Positions 10,764 to 21,342 of a stretch of 64,000 bases of DNA are shown piece after piece. Below the pieces are notes generated by a model, which saw only the letters and a program-made list of their open reading frames with translations, was not told the origin of the DNA and ran no database searches. Every line of letters starts with the position of its first letter. Positions within the stretch are counted from its first letter, which is position 1. The stretch is from an uncultured bacterium (lineage in GTDB: Bacteria > Babelota > Babeliae > Babelales > Babelaceae). Where the stretch lies: the NCBI GenBank assembly GCA_963819815.1, contig CAWFXL010000001.1:1152001-1216000 (forward strand), read 5' to 3'. The position numbers and the translations under genes are program-made.

Positions 10764-10884
10764 GTATTATGTTCCTTGTAAACAACTAAGAATACTTGAG
10801 CATTGGTCTAAGTGTACCAGATTTTTCTAAAAACAGAACTCAGTTCTTTACCTTGGGTGGCAAGATTTCTTCTTAATGAGACTC

Positions 10885-11120
10885 ACTAACTATAATATAT
10901 GTATAATAATAGTATATATAAATATAGTTATAGTAGGGGGAAGAATCTTGGTGGATAGGTCATGGGTTTTGTTCGAAATAATATCGATTGAATCTATATA
11001 TTCGTGCCATTTGGGAGTGGTGGTTATCTGGTGGGGACTAGGTGAATCTGTGGTGGACAACTCGGGGGCTTACTTTGTTATACACCACCTATCCCCATTT
11101 CATTCACCAGTTATTCACCT
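10885..11120. promoter_or_regulatory. probable chromosomal replication origin (oriC)
   Basis: AT-rich DUE 10890-10933, TAG trios plus a G run, DnaA-box-like 9-mers at 10950, 11019/11030/11041/11052 (reverse) and 11078/11089/11100/11111 (forward). Confidence 0.8.
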
Positions 11121-11161
11121 TAGAAATCTTCTAAGGTTTTTCTTTTCCCGCCAAAGAGAAA

Positions 11162-11749
11162 CTATCTCGATTGCACGCTTAAAAGGGCATTTTTGAGTGT
11201 CTTGAAATCTTCAAGCCAGCTGAGAGCTTGGCTTTGGTTTCTCAATATATATGCCGGGTGGTAGGTCGGTATAATGGTGAATCCTTCCCACTCTAAGCTG
11301 GTTCCACGAAGCTTTGTGATCGAGCAAGGCTTACCAAGAAGATTATTGAGCGCAATCGAACCGAGTGGGCAGATAATCTTAGGCCGAATGATCTTAATTT
11401 GGTTATATAAGAAGAGGCCCATACAGGTAGCAGCCTCTTGGGGACTCGGAGCTCTATTATTAGGGGGCCTGCATTTGACGATATTGGTGATAAACACCTC
11501 AGATCGCTCAATGCCAACTTGTGCAAGAACGCGATTGAGCAGCTGGCCTGAGCGGCCAACAAATGGGCGACCTTGCTCATCTTCATCTCTTCCGGGTCCT
11601 TCTCCTATGAATAGGAGTTCGGCGTCAGCATTTCCTTCACCAAAGACGACATTTTTTCTTCCGGTAAATCCTAGGTGACACTCTTTACAGTTCTTATAGG
11701 GAGCATAGAGTGCTTTTAAAAGCTCTTCTTTGTATTCGCGTGGGTTCAT
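11162..11749 (-). CDS. udg: uracil-DNA glycosylase family 4
   Basis: CxxC, IGEGPG, GRPFVGRSG, NIVKCRPP, TYHPAY motifs. Confidence 0.95.
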   Translation of the reverse strand: MNPREYKEELLKALYAPYKNCKECHLGFTGRKNVVFGEGNADAELLFIGEGPGRDEDEQGRPFVGRSGQLLNRVLAQVGIERSEVFITNIVKCRPPNNRAPSPQEAATCMGLFLYNQIKIIRPKIICPLGSIALNNLLGKPCSITKLRGTSLEWEGFTIIPTYHPAYILRNQSQALSWLEDFKTLKNALLSVQSR

Positions 11750-11831
11750 TGTGGCTACGTTTTGTGTGAGGAATATATCCTTTTCCTCTTATCATAGCAG
11801 AAAGCAAGCATGAGGACTAGCGGTCTTTTGG

Positions 11832-13193
11832 TTATTGGGAGTTTACAAATTCTTGAAGAAATGTGAGCCAATGGGTACGTTGTGCAAAGCTATTTGTTTT
11901 ATACGATTTATGAATCAAAAATTCAGGGAAGTAAATCGATATACCTGAGGCATGTTCATGTTTATTGCCTACCTCATTTGCTTTAACCGCTTTTTTAATG
12001 ATGGTTAGCCCCTCGTGAAGAATAGCAGTAAGTTCCTGCTTAAATACATCTGAATTCTCTCCTTTTAAGGTACATATATCGACGTTGATTAGAAGATTTG
12101 CATACAGGCTACCTAGGTCAAGGTACGTTGGTTCATTAAAGCGAATGCAGTTTTTTTTATGTCTGCTTAATCGTATTGCTTCTTTGACTGATCTTTGTTT
12201 TTGATGGGTAAGTCCGTAGCTTAAACAGCGTGCCAGGCTATCAATATTGGTCTCGAGGGCTTGAGCATGGGAGAGATCGATCGCCGCATGGGTATAAAAG
12301 TCGATTTTAGGGCTATAGTACTCCCTGTATGCCTGCACAAAATGGCGAGCAAGTTCCTCTCCGCAGCAGATCTGATTACGTACAAGAGGCTCTACAATAT
12401 GGTCATATTGATATCCTAGTCCTAGTTCAACTTCCTGTGAAGCGACAAAAAAGTTTGCAAAGGGATGAAGTCCAGTAAAGATTTCGATTCCTGACATTAA
12501 GCAAGCATCGCAGGCAATGATGCTAAACTTCTTATGTATTACCTGTTGTGAAATATACTCGATTGCATCAGTTAAATCTTTGGTGGTAAGGTAGTGACCT
12601 GTAGAATCATCGAAACATATTCCTTTAGGTTCATTATAGGAACCTTCACCTGGAGAAAAACGGTCAATGTAACCTATTGACTGGTCAAGATCGATTTTGC
12701 CTGATCGCTCATCGACATGCCATAATTCCCATTGACGTATGTATGGTGCAACCATAGGTTCTAATGTACCCGTACCATGATTCGATAAGACAAGTACTAC
12801 TTCATCTGCAGGGAACTGCTCATATGCCATAGAAGCGGCATTAATGAGTGTTTCTTTTTTTCCACTATCCATGGGGCTATCACTGCCTACGGGTAGAAGT
12901 TTGTCTTTTTCAACGAAAAAATTCTTGGTAACAAGGGGCTCATCGCTCTTTTGTAAGTCTAAGTGCACAAAAAGTTTTACTCGGTCAGATGCGCCTAAAT
13001 TAAGCAGCTGACGTATATGAGCTTCAGCATACAATGAAAGATCATTGCGAGCTGCCATGTAGATAATTACCAAGACCGACTTTGTAGGAGGCTTCCTATA
13101 TAAGCGATATTCGTCATGAGCAAAGATTCGAGTGCCTTCTGGGCATGCCGTTATCCAAAGAATTATCAAAATGAGTTTATTTGCTTTCATCAT
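11832..13193 (-). CDS. clostripain-family (C11) cysteine peptidase, secreted
   Basis: IYMAARNDL, SNHGTG (catalytic His), DACLMS (catalytic Cys), ASQE, GISIYFP; signal peptide. Confidence 0.9.
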   Translation of the reverse strand: MMKANKLILIILWITACPEGTRIFAHDEYRLYRKPPTKSVLVIIYMAARNDLSLYAEAHIRQLLNLGASDRVKLFVHLDLQKSDEPLVTKNFFVEKDKLLPVGSDSPMDSGKKETLINAASMAYEQFPADEVVLVLSNHGTGTLEPMVAPYIRQWELWHVDERSGKIDLDQSIGYIDRFSPGEGSYNEPKGICFDDSTGHYLTTKDLTDAIEYISQQVIHKKFSIIACDACLMSGIEIFTGLHPFANFFVASQEVELGLGYQYDHIVEPLVRNQICCGEELARHFVQAYREYYSPKIDFYTHAAIDLSHAQALETNIDSLARCLSYGLTHQKQRSVKEAIRLSRHKKNCIRFNEPTYLDLGSLYANLLINVDICTLKGENSDVFKQELTAILHEGLTIIKKAVKANEVGNKHEHASGISIYFPEFLIHKSYKTNSFAQRTHWLTFLQEFVNSQ

Positions 13194-13497
13194 ATTCTCC
13201 CTTATTGCTTTCAGTATATTAAATATATATTTGAAATATCAATGATAATTATTTTTTTATTTTTAAATTAATTATGAAATTGATTATAGGTCTGAAGCGC
13301 GGGAAACAGTCCATTTAGAGAAGTTTTCTCAAAGTTTCACCTTAAGTTCTATCATGATGCTAATGGAAATAATATGGATGTTAAAATTTAATTAACGTGC
13401 CTTCTTCGGTGGGTTAGATATGTTGGAAATCCTTAGCAGATGAATGGTGAAATCATGGCGAATCAAGCAGATCGCTTGCTCAACCGAGAAATATTGA

Positions 13498-14652
13498 TCA
13501 TTCGTGAGTGATTGGTTTATTGAGTGCACCTATCGCTATAGAGCACTTATGCTGATAATATGCCTCCTGCCACCAGGCAAGAGCACAGGTTAATCCAAAG
13601 CTCAATTGAAAATCGAGAAAAAAAAGCTGATAAGGGTTGTTAAGCAACACAATCAGGGTTGTCAGGGCGAGTATATGGAGTATTCTTGGTGTTCGTCCTA
13701 TGTATATAAAACATTGATAACAAAGCCATGCTATACATGCTCGTATGAATGAGATGCTTGACCATGAAAGGAGGTAATAAAAGCCCAGGATAAGTAGTAG
13801 AATGATCTGGCTTAGTATCCAAGGAATGCAAAGGTAGACTAAAAAGGTTCTCCAGACTCCCATAAGGACCATAACGTGGAGGCCTGACCGTGCAAGGAAG
13901 TGGACAATGCCCCAGTAAGAAAAGATGCGACGTAGTTCCTGGTGATGGGTTGGTGCCTTACCCCCCATAAAAAGGGTAGAAAAAAGAGCACCTGCTTTTG
14001 GTGACATCTTATGCAGAAGATGTTTCATCATCCTTTCTCTCTTTTGTACGCACCATCTTCTTGGACTGAGCAAGGGGCGTGCCACACGTCTATATATAAA
14101 TCTATCGGAATAGATCGCAGTTACAATTCCTTCTTTAAAAAGGTACTTTTCATATGATGAATTGGTCATTCTTTTGCATGTAAGACCGTTGAATTGAATC
14201 TCATCGCCAGGCATTAGGGAGGGTTTTTTAAGGAGGTACAGCGTGATAACCCTACGTTCAGGAGCCTCCTTAAGCTTGTTGAAAGAAAGAATCCTGATGG
14301 TCAAACAGTTAGGATATCTTTTACCATGCTGAATTTCTTGATCTATGACAAGTGCCATTCCTGAAAGCGCTTGATGAGCATGATCCCGGAAAAATTGAGC
14401 GCTTGCCTGAAATGAAGCATTATAGCTGGTGAAACGATATGCTCCAGCTATAAAAAAGCTCAGAAGTATAAGGCAATGGGACCTTCTTTTGAGCCATAAA
14501 AAGCTTATAGTGGTTATGAAGATACCTCCAAGAATGGTATAGTTGATTGAAAGGATCGATGCACATAAGATGCCACCAATGCATGCCCAAGCACTTAAGA
14601 AGCTGAGCGCAATGGGCACAACTATTAAGCGCTGAGTGAAGTATTCTCTCAT
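13498..14652 (-). CDS. comEC: ComEC/Rec2 competence membrane protein (no MBL domain)
   Basis: GIVHFLARSGLH, SFIRA, NPYQLFFLDFQLSF motifs, multiple TM segments; start uncertain. Confidence 0.85.
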   Translation of the reverse strand: MREYFTQRLIVVPIALSFLSAWACIGGILCASILSINYTILGGIFITTISFLWLKRRSHCLILLSFFIAGAYRFTSYNASFQASAQFFRDHAHQALSGMALVIDQEIQHGKRYPNCLTIRILSFNKLKEAPERRVITLYLLKKPSLMPGDEIQFNGLTCKRMTNSSYEKYLFKEGIVTAIYSDRFIYRRVARPLLSPRRWCVQKRERMMKHLLHKMSPKAGALFSTLFMGGKAPTHHQELRRIFSYWGIVHFLARSGLHVMVLMGVWRTFLVYLCIPWILSQIILLLILGFYYLLSWSSISFIRACIAWLCYQCFIYIGRTPRILHILALTTLIVLLNNPYQLFFLDFQLSFGLTCALAWWQEAYYQHKCSIAIGALNKPITHE

Positions 14653-14840
14653 ATGTAAGATGCTTAACTGGCACATGAAGATGGGTGGGGAGGAGGGGTA
14701 TGGTACTAGAGTAGTTACGTGAGAAAAAACGTCAAGCAAGGATAGATAGAGATCTGAGGGAGGGGAAATATCTTGTAGGAGAAGCTGTTGGAGAAGTTAG
14801 AGATCGGTTATTCTCAGCTTTTTTGAAAATTTTTTTACAG

Positions 14841-14919
14841 AACAGCCGTCTGTTTTGGATGATTATTGGTTAAAACAGACGGCTGTTTTATGGGAAAACC
14901 CTCAGAACAGCCGTCTGTT
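14841..14919. repeat. three copies of a 14-bp imperfect palindrome (putative operator array)
   Basis: AACAGCCGTCTGTT at 14841 and 14906, inverted copy at 14874; spacing 33/32 bp. Confidence 0.85.
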
Positions 14920-14994
14920 CTTGAAATTTTGAGAATTTCAGATACACTTTACCCTTGAATTTATAAAGTATTCAGCCATTGCATGGGGAGCAAG

Positions 14995-16368
14995 ATGTAT
15001 AGAACGAGCCTGCCTTTCTTGAAAAATTGGCTTTCACACCCTGATCGCAAGCCTCTGGTGATTCGCGGTGCACGTCAAGTTGGAAAAACCTGGCTTGTTA
15101 GGAAACTGGCTGAAGCTGAGGGAAAGAAACTTATTGAAATTAACTTTGAAACTCATCCATCACGTATAAGCCTTTTTGAACCTGAAGATGTGAGTCGTAT
15201 ATTTTTTAATATTGAAGCAGCCTTTAAAGAGTCATTTGATTCGCATAAAAGCATCTTGTTTATCGACGAAATTCAAGCAGCTCCTCATGTTTTTGCAAAA
15301 TTACGAAGCTTTGCAGAAGAAATGGTGCAATTGCCCGTCATTGCAGCAGGCTCTCTTCTTGAGTTTATGCTTGAGGATCATGAGTTTAGTATGCCCGTTG
15401 GTCGCATTGAATATATGTATCTTGAACCATTTTCTTTTGAGGAATTCTTACTTGCGCGCAATGCGGGAAAGCTTGTTGAGTATCTCAAGCAGTATAGCTG
15501 GCATGAGGAGATACCACTTTTCATTCACAATGAGCTTATGACCTACATTAAAGAATATATGATTGTAGGGGGCTTACCTGCAGCAGTTAAGAGTTGGCAA
15601 TCGCATCAGTCCCTTCAACTTGTGAATCAAGTGCATCACAATCTCATTGGCACCTATAGAGATGATTTTCCGAAATATAGTAGAAAAATATCCGCAGCCC
15701 AGCTTAATGATGTTATGATGGCGGTGCCAAGACACTTGGGGCATAAAATTATGTACAGCAAAATCAATCCGGACATACCGGGCGCTATAGTTAAACAAGC
15801 GCTAACACTATTATGTGGCGCTAAACTCTGTTATAAAGTAAGAGGATGTCATGCTAATGGGATCCCTCTAGGCAGTGAGCTGCAGGAGGCATATCGCAAG
15901 GTGATCCTTGTCGATGTTGGCTTGTGCTCAACGACATTAGGGCTCTCTTTAGAGTACATGGCTTCAGTTAACGAGATAGATCTTTTTAACAAAGGAGGTA
16001 TAGCAGAGCAGCTTGCAGGACAGATTCTAAGAACCGTTAATCCGTATTATATTGAACCGGCACTATATTACTGGCATCGCGAGGAGTCTGGATCAAGTGC
16101 TGAAATAGATTATGTTGTGCAACATGGTAACAAAGTAGTTCCTATCGAAGTTAAGGCCGGTACCACAGGAACACTCAAATCTCTCCATGTTTTTATGGAG
16201 CTTAAAAAATCTAAGCTAGCAGTTCGTGTAAATTCTGGCGTACCAACGAAAACTGAAATATCGGTAAAAGGGTTACGGGGTACACCGGTGCAGTATACAC
16301 TTCTTTCAGTTCCCTTTTATCTCTTTGGCGAGGTACATCGATTGATTAAGAGCGCCGATGTACTTTAA
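14995..16368 (+). CDS. AAA_14 ATPase with DUF4143 and C-terminal PD-(D/E)xK-like domain
   Basis: GARQVGKT, FIDEIQ, AGSLL, GGLP, EIDY...PIEVK. Confidence 0.9.
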   Translation: MYRTSLPFLKNWLSHPDRKPLVIRGARQVGKTWLVRKLAEAEGKKLIEINFETHPSRISLFEPEDVSRIFFNIEAAFKESFDSHKSILFIDEIQAAPHVFAKLRSFAEEMVQLPVIAAGSLLEFMLEDHEFSMPVGRIEYMYLEPFSFEEFLLARNAGKLVEYLKQYSWHEEIPLFIHNELMTYIKEYMIVGGLPAAVKSWQSHQSLQLVNQVHHNLIGTYRDDFPKYSRKISAAQLNDVMMAVPRHLGHKIMYSKINPDIPGAIVKQALTLLCGAKLCYKVRGCHANGIPLGSELQEAYRKVILVDVGLCSTTLGLSLEYMASVNEIDLFNKGGIAEQLAGQILRTVNPYYIEPALYYWHREESGSSAEIDYVVQHGNKVVPIEVKAGTTGTLKSLHVFMELKKSKLAVRVNSGVPTKTEISVKGLRGTPVQYTLLSVPFYLFGEVHRLIKSADVL

Positions 16369-16562
16369 GATATCTCTTTTGTGAGTTTCCAGATGACAAA
16401 GCTGATGAGTTTCAAGATGAAAAAGATCATACAATTTGTTACCTCCGTTCATTTCTTATTCTTAACTTATTTGCTCAGGTTTGAATTAAAGGTAATAGTG
16501 CGCTATTCTTGGTAGACAATCATTATTATTTAGTGAGCGCACAGCATGCGCGTAGGATGCAT

Positions 16563-19190
16563 ATGAAACCACATGTCATTAAGAAAGTTTTATCAAATGG
16601 GCTCACCGTATTACTTAAGCCCTCATCGGTAGTGCCAAAGGTATCTGTTCAGCTGTGGTATAATGTTGGCTCTAAAGATGAAAAGACGAGCGAAAAGGGA
16701 ATAGCACACCTTATTGAGCATATGATATTTAAAGGCACGAAAAAGCTTTCTGAATGTGATATCAATCTTATTACACATAAGCTTTCAGGCTATACGAACG
16801 CTTTTACCTCCTATGATTATACCGGTTATTTATTTGATTTTCCGTCGCAACAATGGGAACCTGCCTTAAGTATACTTGCAGACTGTATGCACAATGCCAC
16901 TTTTAAAGAAGAGCATTTAAATTCTGAATTGAAAGCGGTTATTCAAGAGCTCAAGATGTACAAAGATAGCTATACGTCAAGTGTTGTAGAAGATCTTGTT
17001 GGGATGATGTTTCCCGATCACCCTTACCATTATCCAATTATTGGGTATAAGCAAGATTTATGGAGTCTAAAGCGCGAATCCTTGGTGAATTTTTATAAGA
17101 AGCATTATATACCCAATAATGCAACGCTGGTAATCGTCGGAGACATAGATCCTGATAAAACTATTGAGCTTGTTAAGAAAGAGTTTGGCCATCTTACGCC
17201 GAATTTTGAGTATAAAAAAGAAGTTTTTTATCACGGCAGTGATCTTCAAAGTAAGTCGGTAACTATCTACCGTGATGTGCAACTACCAAGTTACATTCTT
17301 GCATGGGAAATCCCCGGTGCAATTCATAAAGTCGACTATCTTGTAGATATCATTCTCTGGATTCTCGCCGATGGTAAGGGGTCTCGACTCTATAGGAAGT
17401 TGGTCGATGAGCGTGAGCTGGTCACCGACCTAGATGTATTTACCTATGACCTATTTGATGCGGGGATACTCTTTTTCTATTTTCAACCTCGTGAGGGCGT
17501 CTCTTTTGATCAAATCATCGAAGTAGTACAGCAAGAACTTGCTGACATTGTTACCAATGGGGTTACCCATAATGAGCTTGTGCGCGCGATTAAGCAGGTA
17601 GAAGTTGATCAGCTATCACTTCTTGAAAATCTTTCAAAGCAGGCCTATGAACTTGGAAAGTTTTATCTTGCAACGGGAGATGAAAACTATCTTTACACAA
17701 GGACTCAACAGTCAAAAGATGAACTTGCCGTTGATGTGCAAAGTTTTGTAAGAAACTATTTGCGACCGGCACTTACGCAACGAGGTTTGGTCGAACCGAT
17801 CTCGGAACAGGAGAAACAGCATTGGCTCCTTTTACAGGAGCTTTCTGATGAGGAAGATGCTCGAATACTTTCAGGCAGAAGTAGAGAAGAGGCGGTAGAG
17901 GAAGGTTGCCACGTAAAAGAGATCAAGGTAGTTCCTCCAAAGCCATTTGCTTTTCCTCGAGCAAAAGTTTTTGGGCTAGACAATGGACTTAAGGTGCTCT
18001 CTCATGCATCTTCACATCTTCCCAAGATAGATTTTCTTGTCGATTTTGTTGCAGATCATTTATATGATCCCAAAGGAAAAGAAGGCATTAACGCCTTTGT
18101 TGCTGCAATGTTATTAGAAGGGACAAAAGATTATTCTGCTCAAGAGTTTGCCGATACTGCGGAGTCTTTAGGTATGAGTATCTCAAGTTCTCCAGGTCAA
18201 ATTAAGATGAGCGTACTTTCTGAAGATCTCCCTAAAGCCCTAGAGTTGCTTCAACAAATGCTTGTGCATGCTACGATGAACAATGATGCAATTGAGCGTG
18301 TTCGTGCACGTATGCTTGCTGGATTAAAAGAATATTGGGATGCCCCAGAGCAGTTTGCTGGGCAACTTGTACGACAAGATATTTATAAAGATCATCCCTA
18401 TAGTAAAAATGCCATGGGCACCCCTGAAGGGGTACAGGCAATTACGAGAGATGATATTATTGCTCATTATAAGAAATACTTTAGCCCTTGTGGAGCTCGT
18501 ATGGCTATCGTGGGAGATATGAAAAATTATGCACTCCAGCAGGTGCTTTCAGAGGCACTTTCTTCATGGAAAGGGGCAGCTGTAGAACCACTTGTCTTTC
18601 CTGAAATTAAGCCGGTGAAGTGGCATGAAGTAAATTATCCTATAATGAGAGATCAGACAGTTCTTTATTATGGAGCACTTTCTGTTTCTCGCTTAGATAA
18701 AGACTATGATAAGCTTCTCTTATTTGATCAGATATTTACAGGCGGTGTACTTGGTTCAATGGCATCTCGGCTATTTGATTTACGTGAGCAGTCAGGACTT
18801 TTCTATACTATTGGAGGCTCGTTGCTTTCTCGTGTAGATAAAGATAAAGGCCTTATTGTCATCCGTACGATTGTCTCAAATGATCGCCTTAAAGAGGCGG
18901 AAGTTGCTATAGAACAGCTTATTAATTCAGCCATCAACGAAGTTTCTGATGATGAGTTTACTGAAGCGCAACAAGCTATTATTAATAGTTTGGTAAGTGC
19001 TTTTGAATCGAACATTTCAACGGCCGCAACACTTCTTGCTCTTGATAAATTTGGGTTACCAAATGATTACTTTGATACTCGAGCAGCTCATCTTGCACAA
19101 ACCAGTAAGCAGGAAATGCAGTATGTTGTTAAAAAGTATCTCACAACGGAGCGGTTTGTCTTAGTTCGTGCAGGGCGTATGGGTTCCTAG
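16563..19190 (+). CDS. M16 family zinc peptidase (fused two-subunit form)
   Basis: HLIEH inverted zinc motif, NAFTSYDYT, HPYHYP, second inactive M16 half, SRLF..LRE..GL.Y. Confidence 0.93.
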   Translation: MKPHVIKKVLSNGLTVLLKPSSVVPKVSVQLWYNVGSKDEKTSEKGIAHLIEHMIFKGTKKLSECDINLITHKLSGYTNAFTSYDYTGYLFDFPSQQWEPALSILADCMHNATFKEEHLNSELKAVIQELKMYKDSYTSSVVEDLVGMMFPDHPYHYPIIGYKQDLWSLKRESLVNFYKKHYIPNNATLVIVGDIDPDKTIELVKKEFGHLTPNFEYKKEVFYHGSDLQSKSVTIYRDVQLPSYILAWEIPGAIHKVDYLVDIILWILADGKGSRLYRKLVDERELVTDLDVFTYDLFDAGILFFYFQPREGVSFDQIIEVVQQELADIVTNGVTHNELVRAIKQVEVDQLSLLENLSKQAYELGKFYLATGDENYLYTRTQQSKDELAVDVQSFVRNYLRPALTQRGLVEPISEQEKQHWLLLQELSDEEDARILSGRSREEAVEEGCHVKEIKVVPPKPFAFPRAKVFGLDNGLKVLSHASSHLPKIDFLVDFVADHLYDPKGKEGINAFVAAMLLEGTKDYSAQEFADTAESLGMSISSSPGQIKMSVLSEDLPKALELLQQMLVHATMNNDAIERVRARMLAGLKEYWDAPEQFAGQLVRQDIYKDHPYSKNAMGTPEGVQAITRDDIIAHYKKYFSPCGARMAIVGDMKNYALQQVLSEALSSWKGAAVEPLVFPEIKPVKWHEVNYPIMRDQTVLYYGALSVSRLDKDYDKLLLFDQIFTGGVLGSMASRLFDLREQSGLFYTIGGSLLSRVDKDKGLIVIRTIVSNDRLKEAEVAIEQLINSAINEVSDDEFTEAQQAIINSLVSAFESNISTAATLLALDKFGLPNDYFDTRAAHLAQTSKQEMQYVVKKYLTTERFVLVRAGRMGS

Positions 19191-19298
19191 GACTAGAGTT
19201 ATGGATGGTTCATTTTGTTGCAACTGTTTGTTCTTCAATAGCTTAAAATGCTTAATGTAAAGACATCAGGGATATTGGATACGAATTGGAGTCTCACC

Positions 19299-20132
19299 AT
19301 GCCAAGGGTACAAACATTATCTGAACAGGAAGTAAACCTATTTAAGAACCTGATCTACGGTTACTATGAAAGCAACAAGCGAATATTTTCTTGGCGGAAT
19401 GTCGACAATGCTTACCATATAGTGGTATCCGAGATTATGTTGCAACAAACTCAAACTGACCGTGTTGCAAAAAAATATGAGGAATTTCTTGGAATGTTTC
19501 CCACCATTCAATCATTAGCTCATGCTTCGCTTGATAGAGTTATAGCTACTTGGCAGGGGCTTGGGTATAATCGGCGTGCCATAGCGCTTAAACAGTTTGC
19601 TGAGAGAGTTGTTGCAGAACATGGAGGGGCTGTTCCCAAGGATCCGGAGATTCTCGTAACCTTTAAAGGGATTGGACCCAATACGGCAGCCTCGATCTGT
19701 GCCTTTGCTTTTAATAAACCGACAATCTTTATCGAAACAAACATTCGGTCTGTATATATTCACGAGTTTTTTAAAGATGAGACGGAAGTGCATGACCGGG
19801 ATCTTATGCCGCTCATTGAGCAAACTCTTGATAAGAACAATCCGCGCACCTGGTATTATGCCTTGATGGACTATGGAGTGATGCTCAAAAAAACACTCAA
19901 GAACCCTAGCAGGAAGAGTAAGCATCATACAAAACAGTCTCGGTTTGAAGGCTCTGATCGGCAAGTACGTGGAGCAATCTTGAAAATGCTTGTGATTGGG
20001 TCAACCCTCAGTGAAGAGTCTTTCGTTGAGACAATCGCACGGCCAGCAGAGAAAGTGAAACAGATATTGAATGATCTTGAAACTGAGGGTTTTATCAGGT
20101 ATAAAAAAGGATATTATGTACTGTCGAGTTAA
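19299..20132 (+). CDS. mutY: A/G-specific adenine glycosylase, short form without FeS cluster
   Basis: VSEIMLQQT, WQGLGYNRRA, HhH KGIGPNTA, ALMDYG; no Cys cluster motif; start may be 19248. Confidence 0.85.
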   Translation: MPRVQTLSEQEVNLFKNLIYGYYESNKRIFSWRNVDNAYHIVVSEIMLQQTQTDRVAKKYEEFLGMFPTIQSLAHASLDRVIATWQGLGYNRRAIALKQFAERVVAEHGGAVPKDPEILVTFKGIGPNTAASICAFAFNKPTIFIETNIRSVYIHEFFKDETEVHDRDLMPLIEQTLDKNNPRTWYYALMDYGVMLKKTLKNPSRKSKHHTKQSRFEGSDRQVRGAILKMLVIGSTLSEESFVETIARPAEKVKQILNDLETEGFIRYKKGYYVLSS

Positions 20133-20143
20133 GGAGATAGAAA

Positions 20144-20473
20144 ATGCTGTTCTATAAAACATCATTATTGATAGCGGATGAACTTTTATCATTCATTGGA
20201 ACTGCGATTATTCTTTTTGCGGGACTGAAAGCTGCATTTCTTTTTTGTAAGGCTTTGTTCACAGATAAGATTGATGTTAATAGCTTGAGACTTGAGCTTG
20301 GATATGGGATTATTCTTGGCCTTGAGTTCATGATTGGTGCAGACATTATTGAATCGATGGTGAAACCTACATACTATGATATCGGTATGCTTGCGATACT
20401 CGTGGTAATTCGAACTTTTTTGAGCTATTTTTTGGGAAAAGAGTTAGCGGAGCTCAAACCTGAAAAGAAATAA
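20144..20473 (+). CDS. DUF1622 family membrane protein
   Basis: RLELG..I.LGLEF.IGADII, LAILVVIRTFLSYFL.KE pattern. Confidence 0.85.
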   Translation: MLFYKTSLLIADELLSFIGTAIILFAGLKAAFLFCKALFTDKIDVNSLRLELGYGIILGLEFMIGADIIESMVKPTYYDIGMLAILVVIRTFLSYFLGKELAELKPEKK

Positions 20474-20617
20474 AGACCTCAGCTTTCAAGAGCTTTCAAG
20501 CCTAATATCTCTTTTAAATGCTATAGGTTTTTCGCTCACTGTTCAGCCGTGTAAGAACGATAAATAACTCATCAAGAAGCTTAAGCCAAACTTCAGAAAG
20601 TCATGAGGGACAATTCT

Positions 20618-21229
20618 TTAAACAAGAAGTTCCAGCAAACCTATAACGAAGGTAATCGCTTGTATGAGAGCATTACGAAAAGGTGGAAGCATTATGAGTA
20701 CGATGAGCACAATAAAAGAGATGCGTTCAAATTGGTAATAGTAGGGTAAAAATTTCTGAGGCATCAGTGCCTTAAGAAGATGGCTCCCATCTAGAGGTGG
20801 TATGGGTAGCAGATTGAAAACTCCCAGCATGACGTTAATCCAAACACTAAGTTGAAAAAATTCATTCCATACGAGTGTCCACTGTAGCGATAAAAAAGAT
20901 GGTACATGATGCAATGCTAGTAAAGATACTGTCGCAAGAAGAATATTGGAGAAAGGTCCTGCGAGCCCTACCATTACCGAATAGAGGCGCGGGTGAGTAA
21001 AATTGTTAGGATTAAAAGGTACTGGCTTGGCCCATCCAAATCGGACCAAAATTAGGAACAGCAGACCCAAGGGATCAATATGCGCAAGGGGATTTAAGGT
21101 AAGACGTCCCATCCGTTGTGCAGTGTCATCTCCAAGGAGGTATGCTGTTAGGGCATGGCAGAACTCGTGGAATGTTAGTGCGCATATGAAAACGATGATC
21201 GATATGATAGCTGTGGTAAAATCAAACAT
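20618..21229 (-). CDS. site-2 protease (M50 family)
   Basis: HEFCH, GRLTLNPLAHID, LAGP.SN, FNLLPIPPLDG. Confidence 0.95.
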   Translation of the reverse strand: MFDFTTAIISIIVFICALTFHEFCHALTAYLLGDDTAQRMGRLTLNPLAHIDPLGLLFLILVRFGWAKPVPFNPNNFTHPRLYSVMVGLAGPFSNILLATVSLLALHHVPSFLSLQWTLVWNEFFQLSVWINVMLGVFNLLPIPPLDGSHLLKALMPQKFLPYYYQFERISFIVLIVLIMLPPFRNALIQAITFVIGLLELLV

Positions 21230-21342
21230 AGGTACTCTTTAATGTATTGTTCACGGGCTGGTCGAACAAAGCTTAGATCCCTTACGGAGAATTGTCGAGA
21301 GATTAAGCTTATAAAAATCCTGATTATTATGTAAAGAAATCG

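Noticed and set aside
10876..11196. 106-aa plus-strand ORF
   Set aside because: Runs through the AT-rich DUE and DnaA-box arrays; composition is not protein-like
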